A DNA stretch of 64,000 bases from Candidatus Limnocylindrales bacterium (GTDB taxonomy: Bacteria > Chloroflexota > Limnocylindria > Limnocylindrales > CSP1-4). Each line of letters starts with the position of its first letter. Position 1 is the stretch's first letter. Positions 47,880 through 56,507 of the stretch are shown here, piece by piece. The notes beneath the pieces were generated by a model. It saw only the letters and a program-made list of their open reading frames with translations. It was not told the DNA's origin and did no database searches. The stretch lies in the NCBI GenBank assembly GCA_038322255.1, contig JBBQFS010000001.1:11729-75728 (forward strand), in the 5' to 3' direction. A program made the translations under genes and the position numbers.

Positions 47880-49834
47880 AGCGCTGCCAGCTCCGGTTGG
47901 CGGATGGCCGACTCGATCGCCGACGAGGCCGTTTGCCCGAGCCCGCAGATGCTCGCGTCGCGCATCGCCCGGCCGATGTCGGCCAGGAGCACCAGTTCCT
48001 CCTCCCGGGTCCGGACCGCGACGCCGTCTGCCAGGCGCGAGAGGAGCTCCTCCTGGCGAACCGTGCCGACCCGGCAAGGCACGCACTGGCCGCACGACTC
48101 GTCGCGGAAGAACGCGGCGATCCGGCGCAGCGTACCCACGAGATCGGCGGTCTCGTCGAAGACCATCACCACGCCAGACCCCAGGGTCGCATTGATCTCG
48201 CGCGTGCCCTCGAACGTCAGTGGCGTGGCGAGCACCTCAGGCCCGACGAAGACGCCGGCCGCGCCGCCGAGCAGGATCGCGCGGATGGCGCGCCGCTCGG
48301 GCACGCCACCGCCCAGCTCGATGAGCTGGCCCAGGGTCGTCCCGAACGGGACCTCGTACACGCCTGCGCGCCCGACGTTGCCCGACAGGCAGAACAGCTT
48401 CGGCCCGGTTGAGCCCTCGCTGCCGACCTTCGCGAACCGGGCCCCGCCGCCGGGGCCGTCCTCGAGGATCGCGAGCACGTTAACGAGCGTCTCGACATTG
48501 TTGACCGCCGTCGGCTTGCCAAACAGCCCGAACTCGACGGGGAAGGGAGGCTTGTTGCGCGGCTCGCCGCGCTTACCCTCGATCGACTCGAAGAGCGCCG
48601 TCTCCTCGCCACAGATGTAGGCGCCCGCGCCGCGCCGGACCTCGATGTCGAAGGCGAGGCTCGATCCCGCGACCGAGGCGCCGAGGTAGCCGGCGGCTCG
48701 CGCCATCTCGATGGCGCCACCGATGCGCGATTCAGCGAGCGGATATTCGCCACGGATGTAGAGGTAGCCCTTGGACGCGCCCGTGGCGAAGCCCTCGATC
48801 GTCATGGCCTCGACAACCGCGAACGGGTCGAGCTCCATGAGCACGCGATCCTTGAACGTGCCCGGCTCCGACTCGTCGGCGTTGCACACGACGTAGTGGG
48901 GCTGCGCAGGCTGGGCGGCGACCGCGGCCCACTTGCGCCCAGTTGGGAAGGCCGCGCCGCCGCGGCCGAGGAGCCGGCTGTCGGTGACCTCGCCAAGCAC
49001 GGCATCGGCGCCCATTGCCAGCGCCTGCTCGAGGGCGCGGTAGCCGCGATGGGCGACGTAGTCGTCGAGCGAGCTGGGATCGGCCAGGCCGACGCGGCGG
49101 AGCAGCAGGAGCTGCGGCTGGCCGGTCTGGGGCACCGAGGCGTGCGCAGCGTCCCGGAAATCCGGTGCGGGCGGTGCGTGGCCATTGGTTTTGGCAGCCG
49201 CGGACCCTGTCCACTGGGCATTCGCGGCCGACGGGGCGTTCGCCGCCGAGGGGGCCGCGACCGCGCGCTCGAGCCGAGCGATCACGCCCGCGGCATCGAT
49301 CGGCGCGGCGGTCTCCCGGGTCGGCTGCTCGCCGGCGATCGTGAACATCGCGGCCGGCGCGAGCTCGCACAGCCCTAGGCACGGGCTGCGCAGCCAGCCG
49401 ATTCGGCCGTCGCCCGAGGGGGCTCCGGCGGGCCCGAGCGTCCGGCCCAGGTCGGCGCACAGCTCCTCGGCCCCGGCAAGACGGCAGGCGATGTCATCGC
49501 AGACGTGGGCGATGGCCGGCGGCCGCGGCTTCGTGGTGAAGAGGGCGTAGAACGTGGCGACACCATAGGCCTCGGCGGGCGGTACCGACAGGCGCCGGCA
49601 CACGTAGTTCAGGCCCGGCTGCGTGATCTGGCCGACCCGATCCTGCAGCGCGTGCAGCGCCGGCAGGAGGAGGTCGCGCCGGCTCCGGGCTTCGTGCCCG
49701 CCTCTCGCGACGTGCCCCTCGGTCATCGAGTCGCGCCCGCCGCCGCGCCAGCCGCTGTCGGCCGGCCCGAGCACCGCATCGACCGCCGCGCGCTCCCCGG
49801 GGGAAGCCAGCGGCCCGATGACGTGAAGGTCCAT
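47876..49834 (-). CDS. NAD-dependent formate dehydrogenase beta subunit: fused NuoE-like (2Fe-2S thioredoxin-like) and NuoF-like (FMN, NAD, 4Fe-4S) domains
   Basis: N-terminal NuoE/FdsG-like region (LLPALHALQDRVGQI...EAYGVATFYALF...RSPCLGLCELAPAAMF). NuoF motifs (GAGAYICGEETALFESIEGKRGEPRNKPPFP, CGQCVPCRVGT). Confidence 0.85.
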   Translation of the reverse strand: MDLHVIGPLASPGERAAVDAVLGPADSGWRGGGRDSMTEGHVARGGHEARSRRDLLLPALHALQDRVGQITQPGLNYVCRRLSVPPAEAYGVATFYALFTTKPRPPAIAHVCDDIACRLAGAEELCADLGRTLGPAGAPSGDGRIGWLRSPCLGLCELAPAAMFTIAGEQPTRETAAPIDAAGVIARLERAVAAPSAANAPSAANAQWTGSAAAKTNGHAPPAPDFRDAAHASVPQTGQPQLLLLRRVGLADPSSLDDYVAHRGYRALEQALAMGADAVLGEVTDSRLLGRGGAAFPTGRKWAAVAAQPAQPHYVVCNADESEPGTFKDRVLMELDPFAVVEAMTIEGFATGASKGYLYIRGEYPLAESRIGGAIEMARAAGYLGASVAGSSLAFDIEVRRGAGAYICGEETALFESIEGKRGEPRNKPPFPVEFGLFGKPTAVNNVETLVNVLAILEDGPGGGARFAKVGSEGSTGPKLFCLSGNVGRAGVYEVPFGTTLGQLIELGGGVPERRAIRAILLGGAAGVFVGPEVLATPLTFEGTREINATLGSGVVMVFDETADLVGTLRRIAAFFRDESCGQCVPCRVGTVRQEELLSRLADGVAVRTREEELVLLADIGRAMRDASICGLGQTASSAIESAIRQPELAAL

Positions 49835-50094
49835 CGAGTGAGGAGTCTAGCCCTGCCGCCGCGTCCACCGACCGCGGCCCGCCCGACCCGGCTGGGCATG
49901 CCGAAGTTCCGATCCGTGGGGACGCGCTTGTAATGGTCCTGAAATTGGTCCGGAGCCCTACGGGCGCTAACATCCGGCCACCGTCGCGCTCACACCAGTG
50001 ACAGAGGTGTCACTGCGCCCGACGCGCGTAGGAGACCAAAGGGCGCCTCCGTGGGGTCGTCGCTTCGCCGTGTTCGCGTCGACGTGGCCGGTCA

Positions 50095-50166
50095 GGTCGG
50101 TCGCGCGGTCGCCCGGTTCGCGCGGTCGCGCGGTCGCCCGGTTTCGCGCGGTCGCGCGGTCGCGCT
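50095..50166. repeat. Tandem direct repeat, about 25 bp x 2.6 (GGTCGCGCGGTCGCCCGGTT(T)CGCGC), within a 640-bp non-coding spacer
   Basis: Seen in the sequence. Not CRISPR-like: there are no unique spacers and the units are contiguous. Confidence 0.55.
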
Positions 50167-50478
50167 TGACCCGCCAAATGGGCACGCCTTGAGCAATTTC
50201 GGGGCTAAACCAGGGCTAAGCCCGGCTGAAGGCCGTGCACGTCCCCTCGGCCCGTAGCGGCGGCGCCGGATTCACGCTCAGGCTGCCGGCCGACGACCAT
50301 TCGCGACACGGTGCCACAGCGCGCGCAGGTGGCTAGGGCTCAGGTAGACCCGATTCTGATCACGGGGTGTGCATCCTCAGGCTCTAGATCCTTCCCACCC
50401 GGTTTTTCGCGGAGCCTCCTCGAATCAGCGGTACCGGGCGGCGCGTTCCACCTGCTTCGCGGGCCGTGAAGGCGCAGC

Positions 50479-50799
50479 TCAGCCGCCTGGCGCCTGGTAG
50501 CTGGGGTGCATGGAACGAGCCTTGTCGACCTCGTCCGCCGTCAGGAGGACCGTCGTCACGATGTGGGCCGCGCCGGTTGTCGCGACAGTCGTGGACAGCG
50601 CCGCCGCCGCAGCGTTGTCGGGCAGCTCGACGATGAGGATGACGTCGTACTTCCCGAACGACCAGTACATCGCCTCGAGCTTCCCGCCGAGGCTGCTGGC
50701 GGAGGCCTCGAGGGCCTTGATCCGGGTTGCCGCGCCGTCCTTCATCACCCCGGCGAGGCCCGCCTGGGTGTAGTTCGCCGAGAACAGGAAATGGGCCAT
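50479..50799 (-). CDS. GYD domain-containing protein
   Basis: GAGGTG RBS, then ATG. MAHFLFSANYTQAGLAGVMKDGAATRIKALEASASSLGGKLEAMYWSFGKYDVILIVELPD is a typical GYD-family sequence. Confidence 0.75.
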   Translation of the reverse strand: MAHFLFSANYTQAGLAGVMKDGAATRIKALEASASSLGGKLEAMYWSFGKYDVILIVELPDNAAAAALSTTVATTGAAHIVTTVLLTADEVDKARSMHPSYQAPGG

Positions 50800-50858
50800 G
50801 TCGCACCTCGTCCATGGGCGCTCATGCGCCTCCCGGGCATCCTACACGCGTAACCGGT

Positions 50859-52784
50859 TCAGGCCGGAATCGGCGCCGGGAGCTTCTCGACGCGGATCGC
50901 CGTCGCCTTGAACTCGGCCGTGCCTGACTTCGGGTCGGTAGCGTCGATCGTCAGGACGTTCGTGGCGACCTCATCCTGGAAGTGCAGGGTCATGAAGGTC
51001 AGGCCGGGACGCAGGCTGTGATCGATCCGGACCGGCGCCTCGATCGAGCCGCGACGCGAGGTTATCCGGACGCGCTCGCCGTCGATCAGCGAGAACCGCG
51101 CGGCGTCCTCGGGCGAGATGTCCAGCGACTCGCCGCGCCGCAGGGGCGACGTGTAGCCGCTCGACTGGACGCCGGTGTTGTACGAGTCGAGCCGCCGGCC
51201 GGTCGTGAGCCGGATCGGAAAGTCGTCGTCGAGCTTGTCGACCGGCGGGTCGTGGTCGACCGCGACGAACGGCGCCCGCAGCCCCGGCACCGGGTCCTCC
51301 CAGAGGCGCGAGTGCAGGAACAGCTCGCCCGGATGGGTCTCGTCCCAGCACGGCCACTGGATTCCGCCGAGCGACTCGAGCCGGGCGTAGGTCATGCCGC
51401 GATGGACGGGCGACAGCGACCGCAGCTCGTCCCAGGTCCTCTCGGCCGAGGCTTCGCCCCAGTCGCTGCCCATCCGCCGGGCAAGCTCGTAGATGATCCA
51501 GAGGTCCTCGCGTGCCTCGCCCGGTGGGTTCATCGCCCTGCGGACGCGCTGGACGCGGCGCTCCGAGTTCGTGACCGTCCCCTCGGATTCGGCCCACGCC
51601 GCGGCGGCCGGCAGCACCACGTCGGCGATCTGGGCCGTCGCGGTCAGCAGCAGGTCCTGCACGACGAGGAAATCGAGGCCGCCGAGGAGCCGCTTGGCCC
51701 GCTGCTGGTCGGCCTCGGACTGGACGGGATTCTCGCCGATGACGTAGACGGCGCGGAGCTCGCCCTCCTCCATGGCGTCGAACATCTGGGAGAGGTGCCA
51801 GCCGCGCCGCGCCGGGACCGTGACGCCCCAGGCTTCGTCGAACTTCGATCGGAGGGCCTCGTTCTCGACGTACTGGAAGCCAGGGAGTCGGTCGGGGAGG
51901 GCGCCCATGTCGCCGCCTCCCTGGACGTTGTTCTGGCCCCGGAGCGGGTTGAGGCCGCTGCCGTACTTCCCGACATGCCCGCAGAGCAGCGCGAGGTTGA
52001 TCAGCGCCAGCACGTTGTCGACCGCGTTGTGGTGTTCGGTGATGCCGAGCGTCCAGCAGATCATCGCCTTGTCGGCGGTCGCGAAGGCGTGGGCCAGCTC
52101 CTGGATCGCGGAGGCGGGCACGCCCGTCTCGCGCTCCGCGTACTCGAGCGTGTACGACTCGACCTTGGCCCGGTAGGCCTCGAAATCTGACGTCGCGCGC
52201 TCGATGAACTCGGTGTTCGCCAGGCCGGCGTGGATGATCTCGCGCCCGATGGCGTTCGCGAGGGCGATGTCAGACCCGACGTCGAGCCCCAGCCAGACGT
52301 CGGCCCACTCGGCCGAGCTCGTCCGGCGCGGGTCGACCGCGTAGAGCCGGGCGCCGTTGCGGACGCCGCGCAGGAGGTGGTGGAAGAAGATCGGATGCGT
52401 CTCCCGGGCGTTGCTGCCCCAGAGCACGATCAGGTCCGTCTCTTCAGCCTCGCGATATGAGCTGGTTCCGCCACCAGCGCCGAACACGGTCGCCAGACCG
52501 GCGACAGATGGCGCGTGTCAGGTGCGGTTGCAGCTGTCGATGTTGTTGCTGCCCAGGACCTGCCGGGAGAGCTTCTGGGCCGCGAAGTTGACCTCGTTGG
52601 TCGCCTTCGAACAGCTGAAGATCCCAATCGGGGTTCGCGCGTCCGCGGTGGCCTTGGCGGCCAGCGCGGCGCGGAATCCGGCGACGGTCCGGTCGAGCGC
52701 CTCGTCCCAGGTGGCCGGGCGGAGCTCGCCGCCCTTCGTGTCGCGCACGAGGGGCTGGGTCAGGCGAACGTACGACTTCGGCAA
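50859..52784 (-). CDS. Formate dehydrogenase alpha subunit, molybdopterin (Mo-bisPGD) catalytic fragment, selenocysteine-containing (in-frame TGA at 52518-52520)
   Basis: GGAGGA RBS 4 nt before the TTG at 52784 (MPKSYVRLTQPLVRDTKGGELRPATWDEALD...). Continues ...LGSNNIDSCNRT-TGA-HAPSVAGLATVFGAGGG..., matching the FdhF/FdsA Sec/Cys active-site context (…NN.D.CAR.U.HGPSVAGL). The downstream 540 aa are a full MopB domain plus the molybdopterin-binding C-domain. 641 codons if TGA is decoded. Confidence 0.8.
52489..52505 (-). other. Putative bacterial SECIS hairpin (GUCGCC-GGUCU-GGCGAC) 12 nt 3' of the in-frame UGA
   Basis: On the mRNA: UGA-CACGCGCCAUCU-GUCGCCGGUCUGGCGAC. A 6-bp stem with a GGUCU apical loop, similar in position and loop sequence to the E. 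coli fdhF SECIS apical stem-loop. Confidence 0.55.
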
Positions 52785-52988
52785 GGGTCCTCCGTGCCTT
52801 CTCGTGGCCGTCGATCGGCCGCGTTCGTCGCCGGCTGCTGCCGGTCCGGCCAGTGTAGCGAGGCACCCGCCGAGTGCCGGGTGCCAGCTCGGGCCGTCTC
52901 GGCGGAGAGGCCCCGGCCCGTCCGGCCCGCCCGGTTGGTTGTGGCCAGTTCGGACCGGCTCGGACGTCCGTGGCGATTTTTCCGCCAC

Positions 52989-53753
52989 CTAGGTCCGCCT
53001 GGGGCCACCGACGCGCCGCGCGACGATGTTGAGGCGGACGTAGTCGAGCTTCGCCTCGGGCATGCGCGCGGCGACCGCCTGCACGAAGGGCTTCCGCTCT
53101 CCGGGTGGCAGCTCGGCGAGGAAGGTCCGAAGGCAGACCGTCTCGAGGAACGACTCGAAGGGCTCGCCGGGATCGAAGTGCGTCGGCTCGTCGGAGAGCC
53201 AGGTCTCGATCTCGACGAAGCCGCTCCTCTCGAGCCGCGCCCGCGTGGCCTCGGGCGTCTCGAAGCGGTGCTCCCGGTGGAAGCCTGGATGGACCTCGAG
53301 GGCGGTGTCGAGCAGCGCGGCGACGTTGCCGGCGCCGCCGCACTGGGCCACGAGCCAGCCGCCGGGACGCAGGACGGCGGCGAGATTCGCAAAGAGCGCG
53401 TCGTGATCGAGGACCCAGTGGAAGGTCGCCGTCGACAGGATCGCGTCGACGTTGGCGGCGAGCGGGAGCCGTAGCGGGCGGGCGAGGTCCGCCTCGACGT
53501 AGTCCACCTGCTCGCCGAATCTCGCCAGCCGTCCACGCGCCTCCGCGAGCATCGACGCCGACGCGTCGAGCGCGACCACGCGCCCGTGCGGCAACCGCCC
53601 GAGCAGCATCTCGGTGACGCGTCCCGTGCCGCACCCTGCGTCGAGGACCGTCTCGTCGCCGTCGAGCGGCAACCGATCGAGGACCGCCGCGCCCCAGCGC
53701 GCCTGCGGGTCGGCGACCCGATCGTACGCTCTCGCATTCCAGTCGCCGGTCAT
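52989..53753 (-). CDS. Class I SAM-dependent methyltransferase (trans-aconitate methyltransferase Tam-like)
   Basis: MTGDWNARAYDRVADPQARWGAAVLDRLPLDGDETVLDAGCGTGRVTEML parallels the Tam N-terminus (DWN..Y, V.D.GCG.G). Confidence 0.8.
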   Translation of the reverse strand: MTGDWNARAYDRVADPQARWGAAVLDRLPLDGDETVLDAGCGTGRVTEMLLGRLPHGRVVALDASASMLAEARGRLARFGEQVDYVEADLARPLRLPLAANVDAILSTATFHWVLDHDALFANLAAVLRPGGWLVAQCGGAGNVAALLDTALEVHPGFHREHRFETPEATRARLERSGFVEIETWLSDEPTHFDPGEPFESFLETVCLRTFLAELPPGERKPFVQAVAARMPEAKLDYVRLNIVARRVGGPRRT

Positions 53754-53760
53754 GGCACGA

Positions 53761-54288
53761 CTATGGCATCACCCAGCGCGCCGGTGGCACCTCGACCGCG
53801 AGGACGGTTGCGTTCCACGGCGGTGGCGTCGATCCCGGGATGTCGAGGTCGGTCGGCAAGTCGAGCCCGAGCACGACGACGGCAACCTTCTCGGAACCCG
53901 AGAAGCTGACCCAGGCGTGCATGAACTGGCCAGGTCGCACGACGGGGCCGTAGCACGGCGGCATCGATCCGCCACCCGGCCAGAACACCGCGCAGAAGAA
54001 GGGCCCCGGCTCGATGGCGATCCGGTCGATCGGCAGCCGGACCGGGGCGATCGCGAGCTCGACGGCCATCGTCGCCGAGGGACATGGGTCGCCGGAAAGG
54101 GTCGATGGCAACGGCAGCGGCTCGATGCGGCAGGCGACCAGTCGGGTCGAATGCAACGGACCCGCGGGGGTTGCGTCGGAAGCCGGCCGACCGAATCCCA
54201 GGGCGACCGCAAGGGCGACGGCCAGCGGAACCGTGATCCCGGCAAGCAGCACGGCGATGCCGAGCCACCCACCGCGCCGAGAGGTCAC
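53761..54288 (-). CDS. Hypothetical membrane-anchored protein (175 aa)
   Basis: A GTG at 54288 overlaps the selD TGA stop (GTGA). N-terminal TM (GGWLGIAVLLAGITVPLAVALAVALGF). No family recognised. Lies 8 nt upstream of the methyltransferase start. Confidence 0.45.
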   Translation of the reverse strand: MTSRRGGWLGIAVLLAGITVPLAVALAVALGFGRPASDATPAGPLHSTRLVACRIEPLPLPSTLSGDPCPSATMAVELAIAPVRLPIDRIAIEPGPFFCAVFWPGGGSMPPCYGPVVRPGQFMHAWVSFSGSEKVAVVVLGLDLPTDLDIPGSTPPPWNATVLAVEVPPARWVMP

Positions 54289-55391
54289 GCGAGGGCGACG
54301 GCCGCGAGTGTCGCGGCTTCGACGCGGCCGATCGTCCAGCTGGACACGCCTGCAGCACGTAGCGCGCTTTCGACCGCTGGCGCCCCGCGCGCGGGAATGG
54401 CGGCGAGGAGACCGCCCGAGGTTTGCGGGTCGTGGGCGAGGGTGACGACTTCTCCCGAGACGTCGCCGCCAACGGTCAGGGCCGGCGCGACGAACCGGCG
54501 GTTGTTGGCGGCCCCGCCGGTCTCCACGCAGTCACGCGCGAGGTCGAGGGCGCCATCCAGCGCCGGGAGCGCCGACGCGTCGAACACGAACTTCGTTCCT
54601 GAGGCTCGAGCCATCTCGAGGCCGTGGCCCAGGAGGCCGAAGCCGGTGACGTCGGTCGCCCCGCGGATGCCGTGCGCGACGAGCACCTCCGCTGCCGCGC
54701 GGTTCAACGCGCGCATGGAGTCGACGGCCGCCGCGAGCTCGTCGTCGCTCGTCCGACCCTGCCGGCGCCCGCTCACGAGCAGCCCGGTCCCGAGCGGCTT
54801 CGTGAGCATCAGGAGGTCGCCCGGCCGCGCGCCTCCCTTGCGCAGCAGGTGATCGGGCGAGGCAACCCCGACAACGGCCAGGCCGTATTTCGGCTCCTTG
54901 TCCCGGATCGTATGGCCGCCTGCGAGAAGCCCCCCGGCTTCGCGGACCTTCGATGCCGCGCCGTCGAGGATCGCCCGGAACGCGTAGCTCGGCATGTCCT
55001 CCGGGATCGCGGCGACCGAGAGCGCGAACAGGACCCGGCCGCCCATCGCGAAGACGTCCGACAGGGCATTCGCCGCCGCGATCTCGCCGAAGGTGCGAGG
55101 GTCGTCGACGATCGGGGGGAAGAAGTCGAGCGTCCCGATGACGGCGACGCCGGGCGCAACCAGGTGGACGGCGGCGTCGTCCGGCGGGTCGAGCCCGGCG
55201 ATGAGGCCGGTCGAGCCCTCGGTCGCCGACCGGTGGTCGTGACCGTAAACCGCGTCAACGTCGTCGATGCCGAGCCCGGCGAGCGCCTCGGCCAGAGCGT
55301 CAGCCCCGAGCTTCGCCGCACAGCCGCCGCACGTCGTCAGCTCCGTCAAACGGATGGGCGGGAACGTCAGCTCGGGAAGCTGGGACGGCAT
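54285..55391 (-). CDS. selD: Selenide, water dikinase (selenophosphate synthetase)
   Basis: ATG at 55391. IRLTELTTCGGCAAKLG (Cys form), DDAAV..., GTLDFFPPIVDDPRTFGEIAAANALSDVFAMGG, GGHTIRDKEPKYGLAVVGV and TDVTGFGLLGH align with E. coli SelD. The 5' part of the track ORF (to 56084) is rejected. Confidence 0.9.
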   Translation of the reverse strand: MPSQLPELTFPPIRLTELTTCGGCAAKLGADALAEALAGLGIDDVDAVYGHDHRSATEGSTGLIAGLDPPDDAAVHLVAPGVAVIGTLDFFPPIVDDPRTFGEIAAANALSDVFAMGGRVLFALSVAAIPEDMPSYAFRAILDGAASKVREAGGLLAGGHTIRDKEPKYGLAVVGVASPDHLLRKGGARPGDLLMLTKPLGTGLLVSGRRQGRTSDDELAAAVDSMRALNRAAAEVLVAHGIRGATDVTGFGLLGHGLEMARASGTKFVFDASALPALDGALDLARDCVETGGAANNRRFVAPALTVGGDVSGEVVTLAHDPQTSGGLLAAIPARGAPAVESALRAAGVSSWTIGRVEAATLAAVALA

Positions 55392-55490
55392 GTGGGCGAT
55401 GGTAGGACGCAGCCCATTGACCGTCGGCGCGGTGGCCGCGACGATGCCGCGAACCCGCACTTCTGACGCGGGCCCTTGGGAGGGCAGGCG

Positions 55491-56507
55491 ATGACCGACC
55501 TCGCGACCGAGCGCGACCTTGTGACGGTCCCGAAAGTGGAGCTGCACATCCACCTGAACGGCTCGATCACCGAGGCGACGGCGTCCGAGCTGGCGCGCCG
55601 CCACGGTGCCGATCCAGCGGAAACCCTGATCCTGCGCGACGGCCGCTACCCCGGCAGCTACCCGGACTTCAAGGCGTTCCTCGACGTCTACATGGCCGCG
55701 AACGCCTTCGTTCGGACGCCGGAGGACCTGGAGTTCGTCGCGGCCGAGTTTGCCGAGGGGCAGGCCGCCCAGAACATCGTCTACTCCGAGGCGATCTTCA
55801 CGGCGATGATCTATGCCCGGAACGGGATGGATCCGACGGCGATGTGGGCCGCGCTCCAACGGGGCCTCGCAGCTGCCGGGCCTAACACGCGCATTGGACT
55901 GGTGGTCGATGCGATCCGCGACTTTGGCCGGGCTGAAGGGGACGCCACGCTCAAACTCGTCGAGGGCGCTGACGCCCCGATCGTCGGTCTCGGCCTGACC
56001 GGAATCGAGGGCACGGTTCCGGTCGAGGAGTTCCTTTCTTTCCGGGCCGCTGCGCGACGGCTCGGGCTCGGTTTCGAGGTCCACGCCGGCGAGATGGGCC
56101 CGCCTGAAAGCATCGTCGAGTCACTCGATGTGCTGGAGGCGGATCGGATCGGCCACGGCGTCGCGGCCATCGGCGACTCGGCACTCCTGGAGCGACTGGT
56201 GCGCGACCAGGTCGTGCTCGACGTCTGCCCATCATCGAACATCGGGGTGGGTCTCTTCCCGTCGCTCGACGCACACCCAGTGGCGGAATTTTGGAAGGCC
56301 GGCGTGAACATGACGATCTCCAGCGACGACCCGCCGTTCATGAGAACGACCCTGACTGATGAGCTCCGCCACGTCGTCCGACTGGCCAGGCTATCGCGGA
56401 ACGACCTCGCTGAGCTCCAGCGGAGAGGCGCACGTGCGGCGTTTGCCAGTGATGCGACGCAGGGCGAGCTGCTGGCGCTGATCGACGAGTGGGCGGGCGG
56501 CACTTGA
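55491..56507 (+). CDS. add: Adenosine deaminase
   Basis: GGGAGGG RBS, then ATG at 55491. Metal-binding motifs (VELHIHLNGS, EVHAGE, SSDDP). Confidence 0.85.
   Translation: MTDLATERDLVTVPKVELHIHLNGSITEATASELARRHGADPAETLILRDGRYPGSYPDFKAFLDVYMAANAFVRTPEDLEFVAAEFAEGQAAQNIVYSEAIFTAMIYARNGMDPTAMWAALQRGLAAAGPNTRIGLVVDAIRDFGRAEGDATLKLVEGADAPIVGLGLTGIEGTVPVEEFLSFRAAARRLGLGFEVHAGEMGPPESIVESLDVLEADRIGHGVAAIGDSALLERLVRDQVVLDVCPSSNIGVGLFPSLDAHPVAEFWKAGVNMTISSDDPPFMRTTLTDELRHVVRLARLSRNDLAELQRRGARAAFASDATQGELLALIDEWAGGT

Noticed and set aside
50095-50166. Possible CRISPR array
   Set aside because: Only about 2.6 contiguous GC-rich units with no unique spacers. No cas genes anywhere in the window.
50982-52190. 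402-aa plus-strand ORF inside the FDH catalytic gene
   Set aside because: Antisense artefact. The minus-strand frame has full-length MopB homology.
46830-52784. Split FDH alpha as a pure assembly artefact
   Set aside because: Not rejected outright but considered less likely. Both fragments have clean gene boundaries. The N fragment has a GTGA-coupled start and a stop. The C fragment has a GGAGGA RBS plus TTG start exactly at the junction. A simple misjoin would not create these. This still needs read-level confirmation.
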